From NCBI GenBank assembly GCA_001779315.1, contig MFJU01000028.1:614-64613 (forward strand): 64,000 nucleotides of DNA. The letters are read 5' to 3'. The stretch is from Candidatus Gottesmanbacteria bacterium RIFCSPLOWO2_01_FULL_42_22 (GTDB taxonomy: Bacteria; Patescibacteriota; Microgenomatia; 2-02-FULL-39-11). Below are positions 1 through 8,581 of this stretch, piece by piece; position 1 is the stretch's first letter, and each line of letters opens with the position of its first letter. The translations under genes and the position numbers were made by a program. The notes beneath the pieces are model-generated. The model was not told the origin of the DNA, did not search any database, and saw only the letters and a program-made list of their open reading frames with translations.

Positions 1-427
1 TCACCCTCCGGCGAGCAATGTAGTTTATTTTAGAGTTCACATTTTTCTGTTTTCTTGTCGACCCACCCGCCCAAAATATTGTAGGCGGCGACCCCGATTT
101 TGTGCGAGAGAGCCTCCTAGGGGAGACTTCGCCCGTGTTTTTCTGAATTTATTATCTACTTCAGTCTCTGCCGGAGTTTATTTATGTTTATTATCGCCTG
201 CAGTCGCGGGGTCAGTCCTTAAATCCGCCCCCGCCTCATTTATCATTTCCCCTCTGAGCGTTCGATCTTCTTTGGTAGTTCGGACGGGTTCGCCCCGCGC
301 TTACTTCTCCAGGGCTTTTTTTGCGGGGCTCACGAAGTCGGGAGCACTCTTTGTATGTCTTTTAGCTCGGTTGTCTTTCTGTCGTGCTCCCTCCTTTTTA
401 GGAGGTTATATCCGAAGGGGCGGGGAC

Positions 428-446
428 GGCGGACACCGCCTTTTTA
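428..446 (+). terminator. GC hairpin GGCGG-ACA-CCGCC followed by TTTTT; rho-independent terminator-like
   Basis: Seen directly. It ends a roughly 450-nt ORF-free, GC-patchy stretch at the window start, so it may close an upstream + strand transcript or ncRNA. Confidence 0.4.
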
Positions 447-465
447 TATTAGATTTAATATTTAT

Positions 466-1188
466 TTAACGCGAATTACTTTTTATCTTTTTTACTATTT
501 CCTCGATATCTTTTTGACTTTTTGTTTTAGTTGATTCAATTTCTTTAAATAATTTCTTGGCTTCTTTAGATATATCTTCCTTTTTAATTGAAGAACCGCT
601 TGTTTTAATAAACCATCTGCCAATTTTTGTTCCAAGTGGAATATCTTTATTCGCCATTAATCTTACTTTAGCCATGAGTTGAATAGTGCGGTTTTGCATA
701 TCTGTAAGGAATGCCTCAATTGCAATAAGTTGTTCAGAATATATTTGAGCATTTATAAGATAGTCCTGTTTTTGTATATGATGTTGAATATAAGCATTTT
801 TGATATCCAGATATCCATCTGTCAGGCTGTCAATGTCATCGTTTAATTTCCTGAGTTGGTTATTAAAACTGAATAGATCGTTAATTAGATCGATGTCGTG
901 CAAATTTACATAATGAGAACGATTGATAGGTAATTGACGAATTTTGCTGAAATAAATATTTCCAGAAGTGATTGCGTTATTGAAGAAAGGGATAAGGAAG
1001 AGGTTATCATGGATAATCCCACCTAACTCATTTAATTGTGTTTCGAGAAGAACAAGAGCGTTGTAATGTTTTAGCTGTCTTTCGTAAATTTTGGAGAAGA
1101 ACTCTGCCAATCTTAAAAACAAAAACGCAAAGAAAGCACCTGCAAAGGCGCTGAATCCTTGAATTAAGAGTTCAGTCTTTGAGTCCAT
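466..1188 (-). CDS. hypothetical protein, N-terminal hydrophobic segment then helical/charged region
   Basis: Clean 240-aa ORF; no recognisable motif. Confidence 0.55.
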   Translation of the reverse strand: MDSKTELLIQGFSAFAGAFFAFLFLRLAEFFSKIYERQLKHYNALVLLETQLNELGGIIHDNLFLIPFFNNAITSGNIYFSKIRQLPINRSHYVNLHDIDLINDLFSFNNQLRKLNDDIDSLTDGYLDIKNAYIQHHIQKQDYLINAQIYSEQLIAIEAFLTDMQNRTIQLMAKVRLMANKDIPLGTKIGRWFIKTSGSSIKKEDISKEAKKLFKEIESTKTKSQKDIEEIVKKIKSNSR

Positions 1189-1516
1189 AATTTTTTTCTA
1201 TCTTTTGTGGATTAAGATCCTAAATTCTAATGGAACTGTTAGTGAAATTATACTCTAAAAAATGAAAAGTGCCTGAAAGATATTGTAGAAGTAAAAGAAG
1301 TGCATGGTTGTGCCCACGCGTGTGTGTTGCATGGCGCAACCACTCTTTTACTTTACTCTACGTTACCATTCAGGCAACTTTTCTTGTCACTTCAACTTGC
1401 GGAATTACGACACACAGGAGTGTGTCTTGGGTAAAGTGCGTTTCAGCACTTTCTTGGTTGCTTCTAACGGAGCCCTCCGTTCCCATTACGGGGCATTTAT
1501 ATTAAATATTTAACTT

Positions 1517-1954
1517 CTACTGAACAGGCTTGACGAACTCTGCGATGATATTGATCGAACCGTAATTCTCCTCCTCATGCGGGTTGGTGAGAGTAAAACT
1601 GGCGGGTGTGCTTTTGTCTGTCCGCTCAATGATGTATGATCCTGCCGGGAGTCGTTGACTAACGTAGTCAATAACTTCACCGTAGTCATCTCTAACGGTA
1701 ATGTTATTCCCATTATCAATCAGGATTTCACCACCCACTGCTGTAATTCTCACTTTTTCGTAGACCGAGAGATCAACGTTGCCAATCGGCGAGAAGTCTT
1801 TATAGATCTTCACGTCGCATTTGGCATTGTATCCTGCCCAAGAAGGACATAGGGAGCCAGTGCCTTCACTGACTCTACTTGTCAGGCATCCGGTCAGCAG
1901 GGTACTGACTACCACCAAAACAAAAAACGCTTTGTTACGCATTTTGGCCTCCAT
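1517..1954 (-). CDS. putative lipoprotein
   Basis: Signal peptide with lipobox LLTGC near the N-terminus, then a soluble beta-rich domain. Confidence 0.6.
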   Translation of the reverse strand: MEAKMRNKAFFVLVVVSTLLTGCLTSRVSEGTGSLCPSWAGYNAKCDVKIYKDFSPIGNVDLSVYEKVRITAVGGEILIDNGNNITVRDDYGEVIDYVSQRLPAGSYIIERTDKSTPASFTLTNPHEEENYGSINIIAEFVKPVQ

Positions 1955-2021
1955 AGTTGCTAGAGATGGTTTTAGAAATTCAAGGTTGTAGTTTTTAGAT
2001 GGTTTATTCTTCTCCTTTTAT

Positions 2022-2624
2022 CTATTCCTCAAAAGTTGAGGTTACGTCCATGGCGTAGTTCTTGTCGGCGTGACGCACGATCAGGGCTGTCGTGATAATC
2101 CCACCCGTCAGAGCGAGAATCACCAACAGAATGATGAGCAGCGCTGCCGCACTATCTTTGCTGCTCTTGCGCTTGCCGCCAAAGAAAAACTTCATGACGT
2201 TTTCCAACGCATCGCCAGAGTGGCTTGCCGCCGTCCAGACATTCCGAGCATGCGCGTAGGTGTTCCATGCCGCGACAGCCACATCACCCAGATTACGACG
2301 CTTCCAAGCTACGATCAGACTGTGGATCCAGATGACGGTGCCACTGCCGAGAAGCGCTGGGATCAAGATCAGATAGCCCAAGTCGAACATGACCGATGCT
2401 TGCTCGTAAGTCAGCAATTCGCCGATGACAGCGCCGACGGTCAGCAGAGTGAGGTATACCCAGGTGAATCCCACCGCTGCCATAACCACGGCTGCCCAGA
2501 CGATGACGCGTACCCAGCCGCCTACAACTTTTGCTTCAGTCCAGAAGCGACCAGCAGACCAGGCGTTCCACCAGCTAATACCAAAGTTCAGTATCAGCAT
2601 TCCGAAGAGGATCAATTCGTTCAT
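2022..2624 (-). CDS. polytopic membrane protein, unknown function
   Basis: About five hydrophobic helices. Preferred over the antisense ORF 2070..2699. Confidence 0.6.
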   Translation of the reverse strand: MNELILFGMLILNFGISWWNAWSAGRFWTEAKVVGGWVRVIVWAAVVMAAVGFTWVYLTLLTVGAVIGELLTYEQASVMFDLGYLILIPALLGSGTVIWIHSLIVAWKRRNLGDVAVAAWNTYAHARNVWTAASHSGDALENVMKFFFGGKRKSSKDSAAALLIILLVILALTGGIITTALIVRHADKNYAMDVTSTFEE

Positions 2625-2903
2625 GTGTCAGTCTCCTTATCAATAGATTTTTCAGACTTTAAGTCTGGCCATCCGAATGGAAAGCGCCCTAAGCACTAAA
2701 TTAATGCCCAAAGCGCTTCCCACTCAGAGAAGAGACTTTTAATCCGCAAGTTTTTAAAGTGCAAGAAATAGAAAACTTACAAGACAATAAAATAACGGGT
2801 GCAAAATACCCACTTTTATTTATCTTGTGAGGCTGAATACTACTATAGGCTTTCTTATCAATTTCTCCTTTGCATTTTTTTTCAAACTTGATATATTATT
2901 TTT

Positions 2904-2989
2904 GCACACAACTTATTGGATTGCTTTTTTAACGGCCGTCTTGGACAACTAGAGCAATCCAGTTGTGTGCACCAGGGCGGCCGTTAATG
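2904..2989. repeat. interleaved inverted repeats GCACACAACT...AGTTGTGTGC and TTAACGGCCG...CGGCCGTTAA with a GTGCAC centre
   Basis: Seen directly. Located 170 bp upstream of the left IR of the recombinase unit and shares the TGCACACA core with the IR termini. Confidence 0.6.
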
Positions 2990-3159
2990 TCCTTATTTTT
3001 AAAAATTTTTGCGTTTTCTTTTGGTTTGCTGACGCGGAGTAGAGCCGACAGTTTTAGGCGAAACCCCGATAGCAATCGGGGCCGACCTGCCCGCCGTAGC
3101 TAGGCGAAGGCGGGGCTAACGCAAGGCGGAAAAGTAAGTTCGAATTTTTTCGAAAATCA

Positions 3160-3256
3160 CTGCACACAGGGAATCCGCGTTTGAACGGGTATGGAGGCTC
3201 TCCGCGGGTGGGGGCGCGCAGAGCATGGCAAAAGGCTGCCGCAGGGAAACGGAGAG
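3160..3256. repeat. left terminal inverted repeat (~97 bp) of the recombinase unit
   Basis: Its reverse complement matches 4716..4813 with 1 mismatch and 1 single-base indel. Imperfect similarity continues inward to about 3280. Confidence 0.85.
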
Positions 3257-3314
3257 ATGGTCGATTTTTGAAAAGAAGCTCAAAAGAAAACGCAAAAATT
3301 TAAGAGAACTGCTT

Positions 3315-4892
3315 ATGAAATATATTGCTTATTGCAGGAAATCCACAGATGAAAAAGACCGGCAAGTTTTATCCATTGAGGCTCAAATTGCAGAACTTAA
3401 GGAATATGCTCAAAGAGAACATCTGGAAATTGTTGATTTTATAACCGAGAGTAAGACAGCAAAAGAGCCGGGGAGAGGAAAATTTAATGAGCTTTTGAAC
3501 TTAATCGAAAAAGGACGGGCAAACGGGATTGTTTCCTGGCACCCCGACAGACTTGCTAGAAACTCCATAGACGGCGGGAAAATCATTTATCTGATAGATA
3601 CAGGCAAGCTTGTTTCTCTGAAATTCCCTTCTTTCTGGTTTGAGAATACACCGCAAGGCAAATTCATGCTTTCAATTGCGTTCGGACAGAGTAAATATTA
3701 TGTAGATAACCTGTCTGAAAACGTTAAAAGGGGAATAAGGCAAAAACTTCGAAACGGGGTCTGGCCAGGTAAAGCCCCTCTCGGTTACTATAACGATCTA
3801 AAAGTCCATTCAATCTGTATTGATCCGGTCAATTCCAGAATTGTCAAAGCAGCGTTTGAGCTGTTTGTGTCAGGGAATAAGTCATTTACCGATATTGCCA
3901 GGTTTTTATTTTCAAAGGGGATAAAAAGAAAAACCGGAACGATACCACATATCAATCAAATCAGAAATATACTTGCCAATAAGTTTTATGTGGGGATTTT
4001 TTATCATAATGGGGAAATTTATGAAGGAACACATAAGTGTTTTATTTCCAAAGATTTATTCAGAAGAGCGCAGGAGAGATTAAAAAAGCTGGATAGGCCA
4101 CGAAATAAAGGCCATAACTTTCCGTTTGTCGGGATTGCCAGATGTAAGGAGTGCGGGGGAGCTGTAACCGCGGAAATCCATCGAAAATTCTATAAAAGTA
4201 CTAATAGACATGCGGATTATATTTATTACCGCTGTACCAAAAAATTCGGCCAGTGTTCACAAAAATATATTTCCGAAAATAATTTTGAAAAACAATTGAG
4301 AAAAATTATTTTAGATTCCTCTTTGCCATTAAGTTGGGAAAGAAATTGGAGAAAAAGGCTTGCAGATGTGGAGATAGACGAGCAAAAATCGGCACTAACA
4401 AAAATTACTCAATTAAAAGAGGATTATTCAGAGGTGAACACAAAACTTAACCTGCTTCTTGATAGCTTTCTTGACCGGACGATTGAGGCAGAAATATACA
4501 AGTCCAAGAAAAACGAGCTGATGGAGAAACGGATGAGAATTCAGGAGAAAATAGGAGAGATTGAAAAGAACGGCTCCAGTTGGCTCGAACCTATGAGAAA
4601 TTTTATGGATAGCGCCTTGCAGGCGCAAAAAAGCGCGCGGGCTAAAGATAATAACCAAGAATTGGGAATTATTGGTAAAACTGTCGGCTCGAACTTCTTT
4701 TTGGAAAATCGCCGACTCTCCGTTTCCCTGCGGCAGCCTTTTGCCATGCTCTGCGCGCCCCCACCCGCGCAGAGCCTCCATACCCGTTCAAACGCGGATT
4801 CCCCTGTGTGCAGGGCCAGGTGGAGTCGAACCACCATCAAAGGTTTTGGAGACCTCTATTCTGCCATTGAACTATGGCCCTATCGACCTTGA
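3315..4892 (+). CDS. large serine recombinase (resolvase/invertase-type catalytic N-domain, recombinase and coiled-coil regions)
   Basis: N-terminus MKYIAYCRKSTDEKDRQVLSIEAQ matches the large-serine-recombinase motif with the catalytic Ser in YCRKST. The ORF reads through the right IR and tRNA with no stop until 4890..4892, so the real C-terminus is uncertain. An in-frame upstream ATG at 3225 lies inside the IR. Confidence 0.8.
   Translation: MKYIAYCRKSTDEKDRQVLSIEAQIAELKEYAQREHLEIVDFITESKTAKEPGRGKFNELLNLIEKGRANGIVSWHPDRLARNSIDGGKIIYLIDTGKLVSLKFPSFWFENTPQGKFMLSIAFGQSKYYVDNLSENVKRGIRQKLRNGVWPGKAPLGYYNDLKVHSICIDPVNSRIVKAAFELFVSGNKSFTDIARFLFSKGIKRKTGTIPHINQIRNILANKFYVGIFYHNGEIYEGTHKCFISKDLFRRAQERLKKLDRPRNKGHNFPFVGIARCKECGGAVTAEIHRKFYKSTNRHADYIYYRCTKKFGQCSQKYISENNFEKQLRKIILDSSLPLSWERNWRKRLADVEIDEQKSALTKITQLKEDYSEVNTKLNLLLDSFLDRTIEAEIYKSKKNELMEKRMRIQEKIGEIEKNGSSWLEPMRNFMDSALQAQKSARAKDNNQELGIIGKTVGSNFFLENRRLSVSLRQPFAMLCAPPPAQSLHTRSNADSPVCRARWSRTTIKGFGDLYSAIELWPYRP
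4716..4813. repeat. right terminal inverted repeat; its last 3 nt overlap the tRNA-Trp 3' end
   Basis: See the left IR entry. Confidence 0.85.
4811..4881 (-). tRNA. tRNA-Trp (anticodon CCA)
   Basis: Cloverleaf folded by hand on the minus strand: acceptor AGGGCCA/TGGCCCT, D arm GTTC-AATGGCA-GAAT, anticodon arm GAGGT-CTCCAAA-ACCTT, 4-nt variable loop, T arm GGTGG-TTCGACT-CCACC, discriminator G. CCA is not encoded. Close to E. coli tRNA-Trp. Confidence 0.85.
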
Positions 4893-4955
4893 ATTATATC
4901 ACAAAAAACGTCTCTGTCAGTTGAAAAAAAGTAATATCTGTGGTGTCATAATAAT

Positions 4956-6884
4956 ATGTGGCCTTTGATCGCTGCCCTGATCGCCTCGGCCTTGGGCTTC
5001 ACCGCCGGGATGGTAGGCAATAAACCGGCATCTTACAACCGGAATACCTCTGTCCTTTCACCTACCCCATTTTACCGCGCCTGCTATAATCCTGAACCGG
5101 ACCAAATAATTACTTTAAACTGGCCTAACAATTTTATTGATTTGCCTGACCACCGCCGGAATCTACGTCCTGATGTATTCGCTTCCTTTCCGGAAACTTT
5201 TAACTCTATCCAAGATGAGGATGGCGACGGCATTGCCGACTGCAAAGCTTATGTCATGAACAGCAAAACTACGGAAAGCGAAATACCTTCTTTGACGCGT
5301 AATTTTATTAAAGTCAGAAGTGATGTGCGCATCTCAAGCTGCAAGACTGATGAACAGGCGGGACAATATGCCTCCGATTACGACTGCGGCTGGGATCCCA
5401 AACAGTCTCTGCGCGGCAGCTGTTTTATCAAAGAAAATGTCTATCCCCCTTTAAGGAAAATCGCGGAAACGGCAGTCGAGGGAGAAATTAGGGAAATATT
5501 CTGGAATCCCTTCAGTTACAACAACGGCTGTAATTACGAAGAGGGTCATAACTGCGGGCCGGGTGACTGGAATAGCCCAAATCTCAAAGATTTCATTTAT
5601 GTCTTGAAAAGGCGGGATGCCGTTGATAAAACTGAAAAACCGAATTGCCCCTCCCTCTGGGATGCCGGCAGCAGCAATGAATCAGCCTGTTCCCACTACT
5701 TTGATGTTTATCTGGCTGAGGATACTTACCAGGCTATGCAGACAGCCGGCATACCCCAGGATCCGAATGAGAGGATGTATTTCCTCAAAAAAATCCTGGA
5801 AAACTGCCGTGAGCAATCCACGTTTACGCCTTTGCCCGATTCAATGTTGTGGATCCCGCCCTCTTTCATCAGAAAACCATTTCTGCCGCCCTCAATCCAA
5901 AATATGCCGGGAAAAATCAATCCCGTCGCCTCAATAGAAAGAGTCAATTACCAAAGCTATATTTGGAGCAAACCGAATAAGTTTGTCAGCTCAAAAACCA
6001 ATCTTCTCAAATCAACTGAAAGACCGGGCACTCTCAATATATGCCCAGGCAGTTCAAGCAACTGTTATGATCCTATCGGCACAATTGATTTCCGCGATGA
6101 AGACGGAAACAGCGAATCATACCGGGTATATTCGCAAAGGTCGGCTCCGGAAACTTTTGTGCTGGTAAAAATAAGTGACCCCACCATCCTTCACACTTAT
6201 TTTATTACCCAGAAAGACCTGCCTGCCGCAATCGGACACAGGGATCCCTCCCTCCAGCTTAAAAATATGGAATTCCTCAGCCAAAACAGCTGGACTTGGG
6301 CTACCCCCTGGTGCAAACCGGCCATTTACCTCTATCCGGAAAAGGAGACAACACTCACAGTCAAACTCAATTTGGCAGGAGAGTTGACAGCAGATATGCC
6401 TGCCTATGATCCGAACATGGGCTGGCAGGTAAAAGCATCAGCGGATGGCCAACTGATTGTTGATAACAAAATATACCCGTATTTATATTATGAGGCGAAC
6501 ATAAAAGGCAATAAACTGCCTGAAAAAGGCTGGGTGGTCGAAAAGTCAAAAGTCAAAACTTTAATATCAAAAATCTTAGCCGAAATAGGTTTCAATCCAA
6601 AGGAAATCACGGACTTTTCAGAATATTGGCTGCCCAAACTTAAGGAAAAACCCTATTATTTCGTAACTTTTCTGCCGGAAGAAGAAATCAACCTCAAAGA
6701 ACAACTGATTTTTTCCCAAGAACCGGACACTATTATCCGTGCCAGAGTAATTTTTGAGGGATTGGCTGCCCCGTTTTCCGTTACAGAACCTGAAATCCAT
6801 AAAAAGAAAAGGAAAGGATTTACAGTCACTGACTGGGGGGCAACGTTAATCAATCATTCGTGCTCTGATTGGAAAATGGAATAA
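4956..6884 (+). CDS. large secreted or membrane-anchored hypothetical protein (642 aa)
   Basis: N-terminal hydrophobic leader, Cys-containing, no known motifs. Confidence 0.6.
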   Translation: MWPLIAALIASALGFTAGMVGNKPASYNRNTSVLSPTPFYRACYNPEPDQIITLNWPNNFIDLPDHRRNLRPDVFASFPETFNSIQDEDGDGIADCKAYVMNSKTTESEIPSLTRNFIKVRSDVRISSCKTDEQAGQYASDYDCGWDPKQSLRGSCFIKENVYPPLRKIAETAVEGEIREIFWNPFSYNNGCNYEEGHNCGPGDWNSPNLKDFIYVLKRRDAVDKTEKPNCPSLWDAGSSNESACSHYFDVYLAEDTYQAMQTAGIPQDPNERMYFLKKILENCREQSTFTPLPDSMLWIPPSFIRKPFLPPSIQNMPGKINPVASIERVNYQSYIWSKPNKFVSSKTNLLKSTERPGTLNICPGSSSNCYDPIGTIDFRDEDGNSESYRVYSQRSAPETFVLVKISDPTILHTYFITQKDLPAAIGHRDPSLQLKNMEFLSQNSWTWATPWCKPAIYLYPEKETTLTVKLNLAGELTADMPAYDPNMGWQVKASADGQLIVDNKIYPYLYYEANIKGNKLPEKGWVVEKSKVKTLISKILAEIGFNPKEITDFSEYWLPKLKEKPYYFVTFLPEEEINLKEQLIFSQEPDTIIRARVIFEGLAAPFSVTEPEIHKKKRKGFTVTDWGATLINHSCSDWKME

Positions 6885-6931
6885 AAAAGGCTCTTGCGAA
6901 GAAAGTTTTTTTATGATTAATTATTAGGAGT

Positions 6932-7615
6932 ATGGACCCGAATCCTGCAACCAATAATTCTTTGGGTTCCTCCACTCCAACCGGCACTCCGGATTCCAAC
7001 CAACCTCCGAAAATAAATTATTCTGTACCTAGTAGTTCCGCGGTTCCAAATACAGCCATACCGCAAACTGTTCCTTCATTTGCCTCTCCCTCAAACCCTA
7101 TGCCTCCATCCCCGCCTCCATTTACCCCGGGACCGCCTTCAACTCCCCCGCCTTTCTCACCGCCTCCTCCTGTGGGCCCTCTATCCCAGATGCCTCCTTC
7201 ATTCTCCCCGCCCCCAGAGCCTCCCCCCATCAGTAATCCGGTGATTGTTTCCTCCCAAGCTTCCGGAAAATTTCCCCTGATGGCGGTCATGCTAATTTTG
7301 ATTTTAATCATTAGCGGTTTCTCCGGCTCTTTCCTGTATTTCCGCTTTATCGGTAAAAATAACAGATCCGGCGGCTCAAAGATCATCAACGAAGACATGA
7401 CTCAACCGCAGATCAGCCGCGCCAAAGATAATATCGAGCTTCTGAAGCCATCAAGCGAGGCCGGCTCATTAAAACCAGGTGACATAAACTACAAAAATCC
7501 TTTTGACACAGCCGAGCAGGAAAATCCTTTTGCCAGCGAAAGTTCTTACCAAAACCCTTTCGGCGAAGAAGAGTCGCTCTCAAGCTATCAGAATCCGTTT
7601 GAAACAACACCATGA
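6932..7615 (+). CDS. proline-rich protein with a single TM helix
   Basis: N-terminal P/S/T-rich low-complexity region, a TM segment, and a C-terminal tail with repeated QNPF motifs. Confidence 0.55.
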   Translation: MDPNPATNNSLGSSTPTGTPDSNQPPKINYSVPSSSAVPNTAIPQTVPSFASPSNPMPPSPPPFTPGPPSTPPPFSPPPPVGPLSQMPPSFSPPPEPPPISNPVIVSSQASGKFPLMAVMLILILIISGFSGSFLYFRFIGKNNRSGGSKIINEDMTQPQISRAKDNIELLKPSSEAGSLKPGDINYKNPFDTAEQENPFASESSYQNPFGEEESLSSYQNPFETTP

Positions 7616-8499
7616 TAAAATTTCAAATTTTTCTTTCCTCACTGCTAATTTTTTTCTTTTATTTATATTTTGCTCAAAATATTTCCGCCGCTCCCCGCTA
7701 TCCGCTGCGGGAATTGGGCAGCTGCCGTGATGCCAAAGAGTGTTCGTTTTACTGCCAAATACCTAAAAATTATCCATCCTGCTGGTCATTCGGCAAATAT
7801 ATTTTAAACGGCAATGTCCTGGGAGAAACAACCGTCTCTGATGAAACAATAGCCAAAGAAAACAATGTCACGTTCCCGATTGCCGACTTAGGCAACTGCA
7901 ATAGTGTCGCCGAATGCCGCCAGTTTTGCGCTGTCGAAACTAATCGGGCTGCCTGTAAAGAATTCGCCCTCAAGAAAAAACTGCTAAAAGCCAAGGTCAA
8001 AACAATCAAACAGGACCTTTTGAATACCGCCAGAAAGGAACTGGGTTGCGTGAGCGCTGCGGCCTGTTTTGAATTCTGTCTGGATGAGGCCAACCGCGAT
8101 ACCTGCCAGGCTTTCGGAGAAACATATAGCCTGGTCAAAAAAGCAGCTGTAGAAGTCCAAGTAATTTTACCCGAAGTCCTGCAAAAAAGCCGCCTGGAAC
8201 TGGGCTGCAGCAATGAAGCAAGCTGTAAAAACCTCTGCGACCATCCGGATAACCAAAAAAAATGCGCCGCTTTTGCCAAAAAATATACCCTGCGTCAAAA
8301 ACAACCGCTAAAAACTGCCTCTTCTCTAAAGGGCTGCCAAACAGAAGAAGAATGCCGGCAGGAATGCCGCCTGAATCCCGACAAATGTCCGGGTTTCCCT
8401 ATAGAAAGGATTCCTTCTTTTGAAAACCTCTCTACCTCTACCAAAGAAGCAGAACCGACTGAAGCTGAATCGACTAAAGCCGCCAGCAGCGAATTTTAA
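7612..8499 (+). CDS. secreted cysteine-rich repeat protein with five ~35-aa 4-Cys repeats
   Basis: Signal peptide. Five repeats (about nt 7702..8410) of pattern LG-x-C-x3-4-[EA]-C-x2-[FL]-C-x5-8-C-x2-F. Confidence 0.6.
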   Translation: MIKFQIFLSSLLIFFFYLYFAQNISAAPRYPLRELGSCRDAKECSFYCQIPKNYPSCWSFGKYILNGNVLGETTVSDETIAKENNVTFPIADLGNCNSVAECRQFCAVETNRAACKEFALKKKLLKAKVKTIKQDLLNTARKELGCVSAAACFEFCLDEANRDTCQAFGETYSLVKKAAVEVQVILPEVLQKSRLELGCSNEASCKNLCDHPDNQKKCAAFAKKYTLRQKQPLKTASSLKGCQTEEECRQECRLNPDKCPGFPIERIPSFENLSTSTKEAEPTEAESTKAASSEF

Positions 8500-8581
8500 T
8501 ACCCCTCTTCCAAACCCGATTGACAAGGTAAAAAATTTCCCGTAACGTGAAATAAGATAGATAAAAAAAGGCGGTGATCAC

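Larger units (their letters stand above)
3160..4813. mobile_element. IS-like or invertible unit: large serine recombinase gene flanked by ~97-bp near-perfect inverted repeats, abutting the tRNA-Trp 3' end
   Basis: IR pair plus recombinase seen directly. Whether it transposes or inverts is inference. Confidence 0.5.

Noticed and set aside
2070-2699. 209-aa + strand ORF
   Set aside because: Fully antisense to the multi-TM membrane protein 2022..2624 and has no protein-like features. Antisense ORFs are common in GC-moderate DNA.
4428-4968. ORFs 4428..4781(-), 4541..4840(-) and 4672..4968(+)
   Set aside because: They lie inside or antisense to the recombinase 3' end, the right inverted repeat and the tRNA-Trp gene. 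The MAKGCRRETE start of the minus-strand ORF is only the mirror image of the left-IR ATG.
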